A stretch of 64,000 nt of DNA from Octopus vulgaris (lineage: Eukaryota). The notes below the pieces were generated by a model that worked only from the letters and a program-made list of their open reading frames with translations, was not told where the DNA came from and did no database searches. Both the position numbers and the translations under genes were made by a program. Location: positions 57,970,001 through 58,034,000 of the forward strand of contig OX597832.1 in the NCBI GenBank assembly GCA_951406725.2, given 5' to 3'. Positions 11,820 to 26,454 of this stretch are shown in pieces (within the stretch, counting starts at the first letter, position 1; each line of letters starts with the position of its first letter).

Positions 11820-12733
11820 ACATATTCATGTATATGCGCATATCCTAATTCAGGCATATGAAAGAGAACTTATCAGGTACATTGATCTACACTCACAGAC
11901 GTTACACGTGACCTCCCATGTTGATTCACTCACCTACATACAAACATGTGGCACCAAAGAAAACGGAGAAAAATAAAGTCCACAGTACATGTCCTATTTA
12001 ACATGTTACCGGTTCAAGTGACTGGATTGCATCCATGTTGGGTAACGCTGGAGCAATCATATCACCCTCACTCTGTATTCCAGTTTCGTACATATTTTAT
12101 GATTTTTCTGGAAAATTTTATTTATTTGTTCAAAGCATATTCTTCACTATGTCTCATCTGATAATTTCTGGTCAGAAGCGATCCTTTAGGCAACAAAAAG
12201 ATCCATACGAAGACAGGGGATGGGGTACGTTTATTGTGCACACACATTATACTGCATCCGGTGGCAAGGCTCTTGTTTAGGAGTTGTGCGGTATGTGGAG
12301 TCACTTTTTACTGACCATTATTCCCAGATCCGTTTTGACCCTGAACAGTAATCCCTGTCAGGACTCCATCTAGGAGTTAAACGTATTTCTCAGTTTCAGA
12401 AGTTTCCGTTATTCTTGACAAAGTATCGAGGAAGGCAGCTCTTCTAGGAGAAAGACAGTTTGGCATAAATCTTGCTGCCAGAACAGCACTACTCATCTTG
12501 CAATTCTTGTCACTGGAACCAACAATGGTAACCGAAAGAGTGGCAAAAGTGCTGGACAACTTTTTGTTACAAGAATCCAATGCCATACCATTGTCTTACC
12601 ATCATTTCGATTGTGAGACGGTTGTCATCTGACGAAATGAAGCAATCGCCATCTATCTATCCATCCATGTATGTATGTATGTATGCATTTCGATTATGAG
12701 ACGTTTGTATTCTGACAAAATGACGCAGATAAA

Positions 12734-13239
12734 TATTCTTTTATTCTTTTACTTGTTGCAGTCATTTGATTGTGGCCGTGCTGGAGCACCACCTTGAAGG
12801 GTTTTAGTCGAACAAATCGAACCCTGGCCTGATTTTTTAAAGCTTAGTACTTATTCTATCGGTCTCTAGATTACGAACTACTAGGTTACAGGGACGTAAA
12901 CACACCAACACCGGTTGTCGTGCGGTGATGGTGTGTCAAACATAGACAGGAAGATACACACACAGATACACACACACAGATACATATATATAACATATGC
13001 ATCCATATACACATTCATTCATACATACATACATATATATATATGTACATACATACATGCATGTACACTATATATATAAATATATATATATACGACGGGT
13101 TTCTTTTATTTTCCATCTACCAAATCCACTCTCAAGGATTTGGTTGGCCTGAAGCTACAGTAGAAGACACTTGTCCAAGGTACAACGCAGTGGGACTGAA
13201 CCCAAAACCTAGTGGTTTGGAAGCAAGCTTCTTACCACA
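12734..13239 (-). mobile_element. SINE family A with expanded internal microsatellite
   Basis: Family A halves separated by about 140 bp of (CA)/(TACA)/(TA). Confidence 0.85.
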
Positions 13240-13277
13240 TGTATGTATATGTATGAGTGTGTAAATCACCATTACTC

Positions 13278-13371
13278 CCGGCAGAAGTTGAATTCAGAAC
13301 ACGAAGACAAAAGAAATACCGCTAAACCTTTTTCTTTCGGCGTACTAACAACTCTGCAAGCTCACCGCCTT
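13278..13371 (-). mobile_element. SINE family B head fragment
   Basis: Minus strand aaggcggtgagcttgcagagttgttagtacgccg...gttctgaattcaacttctgccg. Confidence 0.7.
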
Positions 13372-13400
13372 ATTTCTGCCATTAATATTACCGAATGATT

Positions 13401-13806
13401 AAGGCGGCGAGCTGGCAGAAACGTTAGCACGCCGGGCGAAATGCGTAGACGTATTTCTTCTGCCGTTACGTTCTGAGTTCAAATTCCGCCGAGGTCGACT
13501 TTGCCTTTCATCCTTTCGGGGTCGATTAAATAAGTACCATTTACGCACTGGGGTCGATATAATCGATTTAATCTATTTCTCTGTCCTTGTTTGTCCTCTC
13601 TGTGTTTAGCCCCTTGTGGATAGTAAAGAAATAGGTATTTCATCTGCCGCTACGTTCTGACTTCAAATTCTGTCGAGGTCAACTTTTGGCCTTTCATCAT
13701 CTCGGGGTCAATAAATTAAGTACCAGATGCATACTAGGGTCGATCTAATCGATTGGCTCCCACTCCCCCAAAATTTCGGGTCTTGTGCCTAGAGTAGAAA
13801 AGAATA
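13401..13806 (+). mobile_element. Dimeric SINE family B
   Basis: AAGGCGGCGAGCTGGCAGAAACGTTAG head, two Meta-like modules, and tail cttgtgcctagagtagaaaagaata. Confidence 0.9.
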
Positions 13807-14188
13807 TTTCTGCGGAGAATAAAATTTTTCTTATGGCCAAAAGGTGTGAAAATACCGTATCTGTCCTTTGCTGTTCCCTGTCGAATTTCTAGATGCGTTT
13901 CTAGCATTTTATGGGTTACCAGTGGGAAATACCGAAGAGAGGTAACTCTGAATAGAGAAACCTGTAGCTTTAACTAAAACACAGACAGAAACAAACATAC
14001 ACACAGAGAGATAGACAGACAAACAGAAACACACACGCACTTATGTCTGTTTTTATGTAAAATTATGTATAAAAACAGTTTAATATTTAACTGAATAGTT
14101 CAAAATTTTTATAGAGTAAATATTTGTCAGTCTGACAAAGAGTAATAATCCGAAACGTCAAAGTTTTAGACAAGCATTCTTTTAAAAG

Positions 14189-14232
<44 letters not shown>

Positions 14233-14900
14233 GTATATATTATATGTACATAAATATATACATACACGTATTGACTGAGATAAGGAATTCATTATAGGAC
14301 TGTTTGGCATGCTAGAAATAACAACCAAGCATTTCGCAACTATAATGAAATACAGAAAAGGGCTAAATCTACATATTCTTTAAACTAGATAAAAGTAAGC
14401 TTTATCTCATTGTAAAAAATTAGTAATAAAGAATTACATGGGGGGGGGGGGGTTAAAACAGCAAGCAACAGCAGAGTTGCCATAGAAACACAACTAAAGA
14501 CACGTATACACACGTGTGCGTATATATATATGTGTGATGTTTGTGTGTGTGTATATGTATGTGCACGCTCGACACATAAATGTTTGAAGAGAAAAAGATA
14601 GAGAGAGAGAGAGAGAGAGAGACGAAGAAACAGATAGATAGAGAGAGACACGATCTCTCTCTCTCTCTATATATATATATCTATAAATATATATATACAC
14701 ATTCAGTCATATACATATACATACGTATATACATAAATATATGTATACAAAAACTGATGTATTTTTCCATTGTTAACAATTAACACGGAAAAAAATAGAT
14801 AAATATTTACCAGGTTAGCAAAAAATCACACAAGTAAAAGGGGTGAAGCTCCTTGTTTTTAAAGGTAGAAACTCCGGGTTTACATGAAGTATTCTGTATA

Positions 14901-14901
14901 A

Positions 14902-14940
<39 letters not shown>

Positions 14941-14950
14941 ACAAATAAAT
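14901..14950. repeat. (TAAA)n microsatellite
   Basis: Direct reading. Confidence 0.95.
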
Positions 14951-14984
14951 GGAATTAAACGCATGTGTTATTCAAATACTTTTA

Positions 14985-15070
14985 CTTCTGACACATGTTT
15001 CGAAGATTTCATGGTATTATTCCAATGGAATAAAATGGTGTAAAACAATTTGATCTTCTCTTCTGGGAAA
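14985..15070 (-). ncRNA. Type I hammerhead ribozyme motif with extended stem II
   Basis: Minus strand ttcc-CAGAAGA-gaagat...[ttattcca t tggaataa]...atcttc-GAAAC-atgt-GTC-agaa. The tail ends in (TTTA)n. Confidence 0.6.
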
Positions 15071-15307
15071 CGAAGAAATGAAACTCGTCAATAAGACATT
15101 CTAACAGAAAATGATGGATATGTATAGTGATTAACTGAACGCTATTAAGTGTGTTTAAAAAAAAAACGATAGGGGATATAACGTCAAAGGTAGCATATAG
15201 AAAGAGAAGGGGTAAATGAAAGAAAGGGAGAAAAAACATATATATATATATTCCCATGTGTATATATGCATATACATACAAATATACTCATGTTCCCACA
15301 TATATTC

Positions 15308-15309
<2 letters not shown>

Positions 15310-15348
<39 letters not shown>

Positions 15349-15421
15349 TATATACACACATATATAAACGCACGCATATATACACACACATATATGCGTG
15401 TATGTATATATATACACATAT

Positions 15422-15452
<31 letters not shown>

Positions 15453-15526
15453 TATATACACACACACATATATATACACACACACACATATATATACACA
15501 CACACATATATATATATACACACACA

Positions 15527-15578
<52 letters not shown>

Positions 15579-15677
15579 CACACACACACACATATATACA
15601 CACACACACATATATATACACACACACATATATATACACACACACACACATATATATACACACACACATATATATAT

Positions 15678-15742
<65 letters not shown>

Positions 15743-15760
15743 CACATACATACACATTTA
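15310..15760. repeat. Compound (TA)n/(CA)n array
   Basis: Direct reading. Confidence 0.95.
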
Positions 15761-15952
15761 ACTATCTCCCTAAGTAAATCGTGGATGTTAGAACACATAT
15801 ATACGTTTCGTTACAAAGGTAGGTAGACATGCACACATATTTCCAAAACAAACACAAAAACAATCGCGTACTTATACATACATGCTTACACAGATATTCA
15901 CATATATATACTATGTATACACACTGACAAACACACACATCTATGTAATGTG

Positions 15953-16018
<66 letters not shown>

Positions 16019-16688
16019 GTTGATTATACGTGTATGCAAACAACAGTATATACATATTTGGAAAGCATATATATATAAATATATTTGTATATATATATAA
16101 ATATATATATTTATCTATCTATATATAAAATATTTGTATATATATATAAATATATATATATATTTATCTATCTATATATATATATTTGTATATACATATA
16201 AATATATATATATATATATTTATATATATAAATAGATAAATATACATATATTTATATATATAAATATAAGTTCTGATGTTGATTAGTTCGACGAAAATTA
16301 TTCGAAGCGCTGCCCCAGCGTGGCCGCATTTAATGGCTGAAACAAGTAATATATAGGCATATGCTTTTATTCTTTTATTATACCTACCTCAGCCCTAAGG
16401 CTGTGGCAATGCTGGAGCAATGGCCAATTCTATGTGTTCGAACTGGTACCCTATGTTGAGTTTCCTGCCTATATAAATATATATATATATATATGTATAT
16501 ATATGTGTGTGTGTGTGTGTGTGTATAGTTTATACATGTGTATACATAGATTCATATAAAAACTACATAACATATAACACACACATTTACGCACACGCAC
16601 TCACCAGATGACTTCTGCCGCCTTACAGAATATGAAAACTTATATTATACTAAGTCATACACACACAACGAAAAGAGAACTGCATTTA

Positions 16689-16742
<54 letters not shown>

Positions 16743-16914
16743 GTGTACACAACACATTCAGAAGAGCTTCAAGTGTGTGGGTGTAGACTGAGACATACGT
16801 ACAAAAATGTAAAATTTGTGCGTGTACGCGCATGTGACTGTATTTCATAGCGTATGTATGCGTACATATAAATACACATATGCGTATAGGCACATACATA
16901 CCACGCATACCACA

Positions 16915-17290
16915 CGTAGGCGTAGCTGTGTGGTAAGAAGCTTGCTTCCCAACCACATGGATCCGAGTTCAGTTCCACTGCGTAGTACCTTGGGCAAGTG
17001 TCTTCTACTACAGTCTCGGGCCGAGCAAAGCCTTGTGAGTGGATTTGGTAGACGGAAACTGAAAGAAGCCCGTAGTGTGTGTGTGTATATGTATATATAT
17101 TTGTGTGTGTTTGAGTGTATGTGTCTGTGTTTCTCCTCCACTATCGCTTGACAACAGATGGTGTGTTTACGTCCCCACAATTTAGCGATTCGACAAAAGG
17201 AACCGATAAAATATGTACTAGGCTTACAAAGAATAAGTCCTGGGGTCGATTGGTTCGACTAAAGGCGATGCTCCTGCATGGCCGCAGTCA
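16915..17290 (+). mobile_element. SINE family A
   Basis: Match to 5056-5463; the tail is clipped after gccgcagtca. Confidence 0.9.
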
Positions 17291-17339
17291 GTTCATTTGT
17301 TTTCGTATTCCATATTTACTGTTGGTCACGTCCAGTATC

Positions 17340-17387
17340 CATATATATATATATGCATATATATATATATATGTATGCGTATGTATA

Positions 17388-17451
<64 letters not shown>

Positions 17452-17948
17452 AAATATAAATACATAAATATATATAAATGTATAAATATTTATGCGTATA
17501 TATATATTTATATGCATATATATATTTACATGTATATATATATTTATATATGCAAATATATAAACATATATATATATGCAAATATATTAACATGTATATA
17601 TATATCTATATATGCATATGTATATATTAACATGAATATATATTTATATATATTTATAGATATGTACATATATATATATATTTACATGTGCATATATATA
17701 TATTTGAATATGTACATATATATATATATATATTTACATGTATATATATTTATATATGCATATAAGTATATATTTATGTATATGTATATATATAGATATA
17801 TATTTATATATATATGTGTATATATGTATCTATAGATATATATATATATTTATATATATATATATGTATATAAACATATATTTAAATATATGTGCATATA
17901 TATGTATATATATATATGTGTATATATGTGTGTGTATATATATGTGTG

Positions 17949-17979
<31 letters not shown>

Positions 17980-18016
17980 ATATAAATATATATGTGTGTG
18001 TGTGTATATGTGTGTG

Positions 18017-18059
<43 letters not shown>

Positions 18060-18060
18060 T

Positions 18061-18093
<33 letters not shown>

Positions 18094-18695
18094 GCATATA
18101 TATATACATATGCACGTGTATCTATGTGTGCGTGTTTGTGTTTATGAACATATGCAGAAGTGTGAAATGAGAGAAATGTGGTTTTTATAAGCGTCTTTAG
18201 AGTAGCAACCCTTTAAGTTATCTAACTTCAGCTAGAGTAATGAAGTCTACGCATGAGTACAATGAGAGAGAGTAAGAGGGAGTGGAAAATGAGGGAGAGA
18301 GAGAGAGTGAGGAATGAGAGAGGAATGCCTGAGACAGAGAGTGTGTGGTGAGAGTTTGAGTGAGATTTAGTCCTAGGCAGTCAAATAGCCACTGAATCCT
18401 ATATGTACACTCGAAATATTGTAATATACATAGTTATATATGTATACATAGTTATGTGTGTATATATATATACATACACACATACATATATATATATACA
18501 TATATATATATATGCATACACACATACATATATATATATACATATATATATATATGCATCCATACATATATATATGCATGCATACATACATATATATATG
18601 CATACACACATACATATATATATGCATACATACATATATATATGCATACATACATATATATGCATACATACATATGCATACATACATATGCATAC

Positions 18696-18726
<31 letters not shown>

Positions 18727-18736
18727 CATACACATA

Positions 18737-18777
<41 letters not shown>

Positions 18778-18854
18778 ACATACACATATATATATACATA
18801 CATATATATATACATACATATATATATACATACATATATATATATACATACATA

Positions 18855-18890
<36 letters not shown>

Positions 18891-18980
18891 AACATACATA
18901 CATATATATATACATACATATATATATACATATATATATACATACATATATATATGCATATATATATAAACATACATACA

Positions 18981-19074
<94 letters not shown>

Positions 19075-19078
19075 CATA

Positions 19079-19119
<41 letters not shown>

Positions 19120-19204
19120 ATATACATACATACATATATATATACATACATACATATATATACATACATACATATATATACATACATACATACATATACA
19201 TACA

Positions 19205-19236
<32 letters not shown>

Positions 19237-19240
19237 AATA
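17340..19240. repeat. Degenerate (TA)n/(TG)n and (TACA)n arrays
   Basis: 17340-18110 and 18450-19240 are almost entirely simple repeats. Confidence 0.9.
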
Positions 19241-19398
19241 AATATATATATATTCTGTATCTACATGTATTTATACACACACACAGTGATATATATTCAT
19301 TCATCTTAGTTTATATATATTTTTATACATTCACATATTTTTATTCCTTTATGGGTTCCAGCCCAAAGACTGTGCCTATGCTGGAGCACGACCATCTA

Positions 19399-19438
<40 letters not shown>

Positions 19439-19526
19439 ATGAATATATATACATATATCTATGTACATAGATATGTCTGTGTATTTGAATGTATGCGTGC
19501 GCGTGTACATGTACATGAATATGTGC

Positions 19527-19578
<52 letters not shown>

Positions 19579-20738
19579 CATAATATATATATTTATATAT
19601 ATATATCATAAAGGAGATATATATCATATATATGTATAAATCATAAAACACTCTTAACAAGAGATATCATAATGGGATACAAGACAACAATCGTGTTAGT
19701 TTGTTGAAGTTCTGTTGCTTTTAACGTCCGAAATATTTTCTCCCGTATATTTCTTTTCATTTAATGAATACTTTTCTTGTGTGGGTGGGGAGAGACAGTC
19801 TCAGTTCTTTCTTTTTTTTTGTATTTTTTTTGTTGTTGTCTTTTGTTTATATTCTTCACCCCAAAGAATTCCATGCATGTGACTAAGTCATTCCGTGGAA
19901 GTTTTAATGCCAGCAAAATATTCTGCTTAACCATCCCAACAAGGAATAACGAATGTCAGGAAACTACTAAGACAAGAAGAAGAATATGCCAGTTTGGATG
20001 CTAAACCAATTTCAACTTGTTTGTTCGTTTCTGCCTGTATGTGTGCGTGTGTTTGTGCATCTGTGTATGCGTTTGTGCCTCTGTGTGTGTGCATGTGTGT
20101 GTGTATTTATATATATATATATGTATGTATGTGTGTGTGTGTGTGTATTTATGTATGTGTATATACATGTATGTATGTTCGTTACTCCAATGTGTGTGTG
20201 TAGGTGTGTGCGTATGTGTACACGTGCTTGAAATTATGCGTTTGTATGTAGAGGAACGTGTGTATATGTGAGAATTTATCTATTTACATGAATGCCTATA
20301 TACATACACACATATATGTGTGTATATACATATATATATGTATATGCATGTATATACACACATTCATATGTATGTGTATGTCTTTCTCTCTATATATATT
20401 TCTCTGTTGCTATGCATGTGTGTATTTATGTATGTGTATATACATGTATGTATGCTTGTTACTCCGATGTGCGTGCGTGTGTGTGTGTGTGTGTGTGTGC
20501 GATTGAGAGAGAGTTTGTGGTGGTTTAACGTAAAATTACAGAACGTAGAGGGTTGCGTGATTATAAATTTGTATTCCAGTGTATTTCTATACACGTATGA
20601 AGTAGTATTTTATCTTATGATTTACTCGCATAATTTTTTTCTAATATACCTATATCTTTAAACAGCTCCACCTGTTTATCTATTTATCTCAGCATATATA
20701 TATATATAAGCAAATATACAAACACTCACAGAACGTAC

Positions 20739-20791
<53 letters not shown>

Positions 20792-20926
20792 CATATATAC
20801 ACAGGCGCATACATAAACACACATATATATATATATATATATATACACACAAACATATACTTAATTACGCGTACTCATATACGTTCATTACACATACAAA
20901 CATTGATATCCACTCCTTTGTATATT

Positions 20927-20958
<32 letters not shown>

Positions 20959-21019
20959 TAAAACATTCTACAATTTATATACTTAAATGACACATATAAG
21001 CTTAATATCCATGTGTATA

Positions 21020-21065
<46 letters not shown>

Positions 21066-21089
21066 TATATAATTTTGTGTGTGTATGTT

Positions 21090-21127
<38 letters not shown>

Positions 21128-21351
21128 TATGTAAATGTATACATATATGTGCATATGACTACTTGTGTACGTGTATGTTTTGCATATATTTAAATATACA
21201 TATACAGATGTAAGTCGAATATGGGAGAGTGTTGTACTGTTTGGGATTATGTCATTTACATTAACGTATCCCAGTGATTCTGGTAATTCCCGTCGCCATA
21301 TAACAGAATAAGGGAATGTAAATATTCAGACGCGCAAACACACACATACAT

Positions 21352-21382
<31 letters not shown>

Positions 21383-21501
21383 TACAAATGTACATTTATG
21401 TATATACATACATACTTATATATACATACGAATACATACAAACATACGTATATACAAATATATATATATATTTATATACATGAGCGTGTATATATGTATG
21501 C

Positions 21502-21555
<54 letters not shown>

Positions 21556-21758
21556 GTATGTCAGTGTGTGTGTATAACTACAGTTCTTTAAACTCATAGG
21601 CTTGTATGCTCTGCATGTGTGTCTGTCTATGTATGTATGTATCTATCAGTCTATCTATAAAGCTATTTCTATTAGACGAATAGATAGGTAGATATACGTT
21701 TATGATGTACATTCATATGTGTTTACATATGTCTGTATGTATGTTAACGTATATGTTT

Positions 21759-21817
<59 letters not shown>

Positions 21818-22069
21818 TAGATCTATATATACACATAAATATATATATATGTATATATATATACATAAATATAAATATATATGTATATATACACATAAAT
21901 ATATATATATATATATATACACATAAATGTATATATATATATATATATACACACACATAAATATACATATATGTATATATAGATAAATACATACACTATA
22001 TATATATATACATGCAGATGTACAGATTTATATATGTAGTCACACATACATATATATAGATATATATAT

Positions 22070-22670
22070 ATACACATGCATATATACAGATATACATATA
22101 TATATACACATGCATATATACAGATATATATATATATATACACATGCATATATACAGATATATATATATATATACACATGCATATATACAGATATACATA
22201 TATATATATACACATGCATATATACAGATATACATATATATATATACATATGCATATATACAGATATATATATATATACACATGCATATATACAGATATA
22301 TATATACACATGCATATATACAGATATATATATACACATGCATATATACAGATATATATATATACACATGCATATATACAGATATATATATACACATGCA
22401 TATATACAGATATATATATACACATGCATATATACAGATATATATATACACATGCATATATACAGATATATATATATACACATGCATATATACAGATATA
22501 TATATACACATGCATATATACATATATATATATATACACATGCATATATACAGATATATATATACACATGCATATATACAGATATATATATACACATGCA
22601 TATATACAGATATATAAATACACATGCATATATACAGATATATATATACACATGCATATATACAGATATA
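22070..22670. repeat. 24-34 bp minisatellite cacatgcatatatacagata(ta)n
   Basis: More than 20 tandem units; a second copy lies at 26690-27440. Confidence 0.92.
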
Positions 22671-23014
22671 TATATATATATAAACATACATATATATCGA
22701 TATATACACAAATATATATAGATCTATATACATACACACATATATATATATATACATATATATATACACATACATATATATCGATATATACACAAATATA
22801 TATAGATCTATATACATACATATATATATATACACATACATATATATATCGATATATACACAAATATATATAGATCTATATACATACATATATATATATA
22901 TAGATATATATACATACATATATATATATTATACATACATATATATATATAGATATGTATACATACATATATATATATAGATATATATACATACATATAT
23001 ATATATAGATATGT

Positions 23015-23057
<43 letters not shown>

Positions 23058-23159
23058 CATATATATATATATATAAATATGTTATACATACATATATAGA
23101 TAGATATGTATACATACATATATATATAGATATGTATACATACATACATATAGATATGT

Positions 23160-23190
<31 letters not shown>

Positions 23191-23288
23191 GATATGTTTC
23201 CATATATATATATATATATAGATATGTTTACATACATATATATATATTGATATGTTTCCACACACACACACATATATACATACCTATA

Positions 23289-23360
<72 letters not shown>

Positions 23361-23842
23361 GTATACATACATATAGATATATATGCATAGATATACATAC
23401 ATATAGATATATATACACATACAGATATATATATACATATATATATACACATAAATAAATATACATATATATATATAAATTCACATATATACACACATAC
23501 ACATGCACATACATACACATATATGTATATTTATATATATACACATATGATATAATGTATATATGGTACAACGTCCGAATATATAAAACTAGTGACTAAG
23601 GACAAAGTTATATACATTCTTATACATTTACATAAGGAGATGAATATATGAGTGTGTATAGCAGTAGTAGTGGTAGTAGCCTGCTTTTGTGGTAGTATTT
23701 GAAATAAACCGAACTAGTGAGTATGTATATATTCTGTTGCTGGTGTATATTTTTCAGGATATATAGCTGATGTATTAAGCTTATTCGAGTTGATAAATGA
23801 AATAAATAATTATATATATATATATCATATAAATATATAAAT

Positions 23843-23881
<39 letters not shown>

Positions 23882-24058
23882 CATACATACATACATACAT
23901 AGATGCATGGTTGTATACATATGCCCAAATGAATACTGAATATATACAAAGAGGTATATCGTTATATATAAATATTTATGAATATGTATGTGATACACCC
24001 CATCCCCATATATATATTACATGGATGTGAGTGTATACTTTTATATACTTATGTGCTC

Positions 24059-24117
<59 letters not shown>

Positions 24118-24327
24118 ATATGTAGGTATACATATATGCATTTATATATATATTTATACATACACAAGCATATATATATGTATATATGTTTATATGTATG
24201 TATGTATGTATACGTATATACATTTATATATATATACATATATACACAAGCATATATATATGTATATATGTTTATATGTATGTATGTATACGTATATACA
24301 TTTATATATATATACATATATACACAT

Positions 24328-24388
24328 AAGGTGGTGCTCCAGCATGGCCACAGTCAAATGACTGAAACAAGTAAAAGAGTAAAAGAGT
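24328..24388 (+). mobile_element. Solo 3' tail of SINE A or its partner LINE (duplicated at 29052-29111)
   Basis: aaggtggtgctccagcatggccacagtcaaatgactgaaacaagtaaaagag embedded in microsatellite. Confidence 0.85.
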
Positions 24389-24721
24389 ATACACACACAA
24401 TCATATATAAATGTTTATATATATCTGTATGTATACATATTAATATATATATACAAGCATATATATATATATATATATACATACATACTCACACATATAC
24501 ATACATACATATTTGCATGTATGCATGTAATTATAAGGGGTGTATATCTGATAATTTCAAAAATAGCAATATGCGTGGGGCTAATACATAGGAATCTATG
24601 ATATTATTCATTGTTGCAAGAGTGTAAATACTCTGAACTATATATACATTTATTTATGCCTGTATATCAATGTATGTATGATTTGTTGTATGTATTCATA
24701 TACAAGTATGCATATTCATAT

Positions 24722-24790
<69 letters not shown>

Positions 24791-25088
24791 TATATATGCG
24801 TATATTTCAGCATGTATTATGTATGCATGCATTGATAATACGCAATAAGATATAGATATGTATATATATATATATCTCATATATACATATGTGAATATAT
24901 ATATATACATACATGGATATATATAATAGTTATGTATGCATACATAGACGTATATGTATGCTTGTATACATATATGTATATATCTATATATATATATGTG
25001 CATTTATATATATATAAGTATATACATGTATCTATGTATATGCATATATATATATAAGTATATACAAGTATCTATGTATACGCACATG

Positions 25089-25142
<54 letters not shown>

Positions 25143-25660
25143 AAGAGAGTGGGAGAGAGAAAGCGTGTGTGAGAGAGAGGTCCATGCATATTTGCGTTTA
25201 TAAATATGTGTGTGTGTATGTATATATATATATATGTATGTATGTATGCATCAGATGTGTGTATGCATGTATGATATGTATATAGATATGTATGTATGTG
25301 CGTATATGTGTGTATGTATTATAAGATTGAATATATTAGTGAGCTGGCCTAGATGTCTTGTATTGATTAGGTCGGCCCCTTCCCAGTGGGGGCTGAAATC
25401 CCAACAGTATCGACTTTACATTTCATCTTACCCTGATATTATTTGACCCCGAATCTATCGAAATGAAAATCAAATTAAGGTCTTTTTCAATGTATAACTA
25501 ATTTGCTAAGGGAGCGTATTAGAAATGTAGGTTTGTATGTACACACAAAGAAATGGTCACACACACACGCATGAGCCACACACACACACATATATGTATA
25601 AATATATAGACTCATATATACACACACATTCATACACAGAAACATATATATATACATATA

Positions 25661-25760
25661 NNNNNNNNNNNNNNNNNNNNNNNNNNNNNNNNNNNNNNNN
25701 NNNNNNNNNNNNNNNNNNNNNNNNNNNNNNNNNNNNNNNNNNNNNNNNNNNNNNNNNNNN
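25661..25760. other. Assembly gap (100 N)
   Basis: Run of n. Confidence 1.
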
Positions 25761-25988
25761 TGTATATGTAAATGTATACATATATGTGCATATGACTACT
25801 TGTGTACGTGTATGTTTTGCATATATTTAAATATACATATACAGATGTAAGTCGAATATGGGAGAGTGTTGTACTGTTTGGGATTATGTCATTTACATTA
25901 ACGTATCCCAGTGATTCTGGTAATTCCCGTCGCCATATAACAGAATAAGGGAATGTAAATATTCAGACGCGCAAACACACACATACAT

Positions 25989-26021
<33 letters not shown>

Positions 26022-26136
26022 AATGTACATTTATGTATATACATACATACTTATATATACATTCGAATACATACAAACATACGTATATACAAATATATAT
26101 ATATATTTATATACATGAGCGTGTATATATGTATGC

Positions 26137-26192
<56 letters not shown>

Positions 26193-26413
26193 GTATGTCA
26201 GTGTGTGTGTATAACTACAGTTCTTTAAACTCATAGGCTTGTATGCTCTGCATGTGTGTCTGTCTATGTATGTATGTATCTATCAGTCTATCTATAAAGC
26301 TATTTCTATTAGACGAATAGATAGGTAGATATACGTTTATGATGTACATTCATATGTGTTTACATATGTCTGTATGTATGTTAACGTATATGTTTACACA
26401 CACACACACACAC

Positions 26414-26454
<41 letters not shown>

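Larger units (their letters stand above)
21124..25660 (+). repeat. Copy 1 of a ~4.5 kb near-identical duplication flanking the gap
   Basis: Unique anchors (gtcgaatatgggagagtgttg, acaacgtccgaat, ggtcggccccttcccagtggggg) recur in the same order at 25761-30392. Confidence 0.92.

Noticed and set aside
22070-22670. Regularly spaced repeats resembling a CRISPR array
   Set aside because: No unique spacers (only variable TA counts), no cas genes, and a eukaryotic context.
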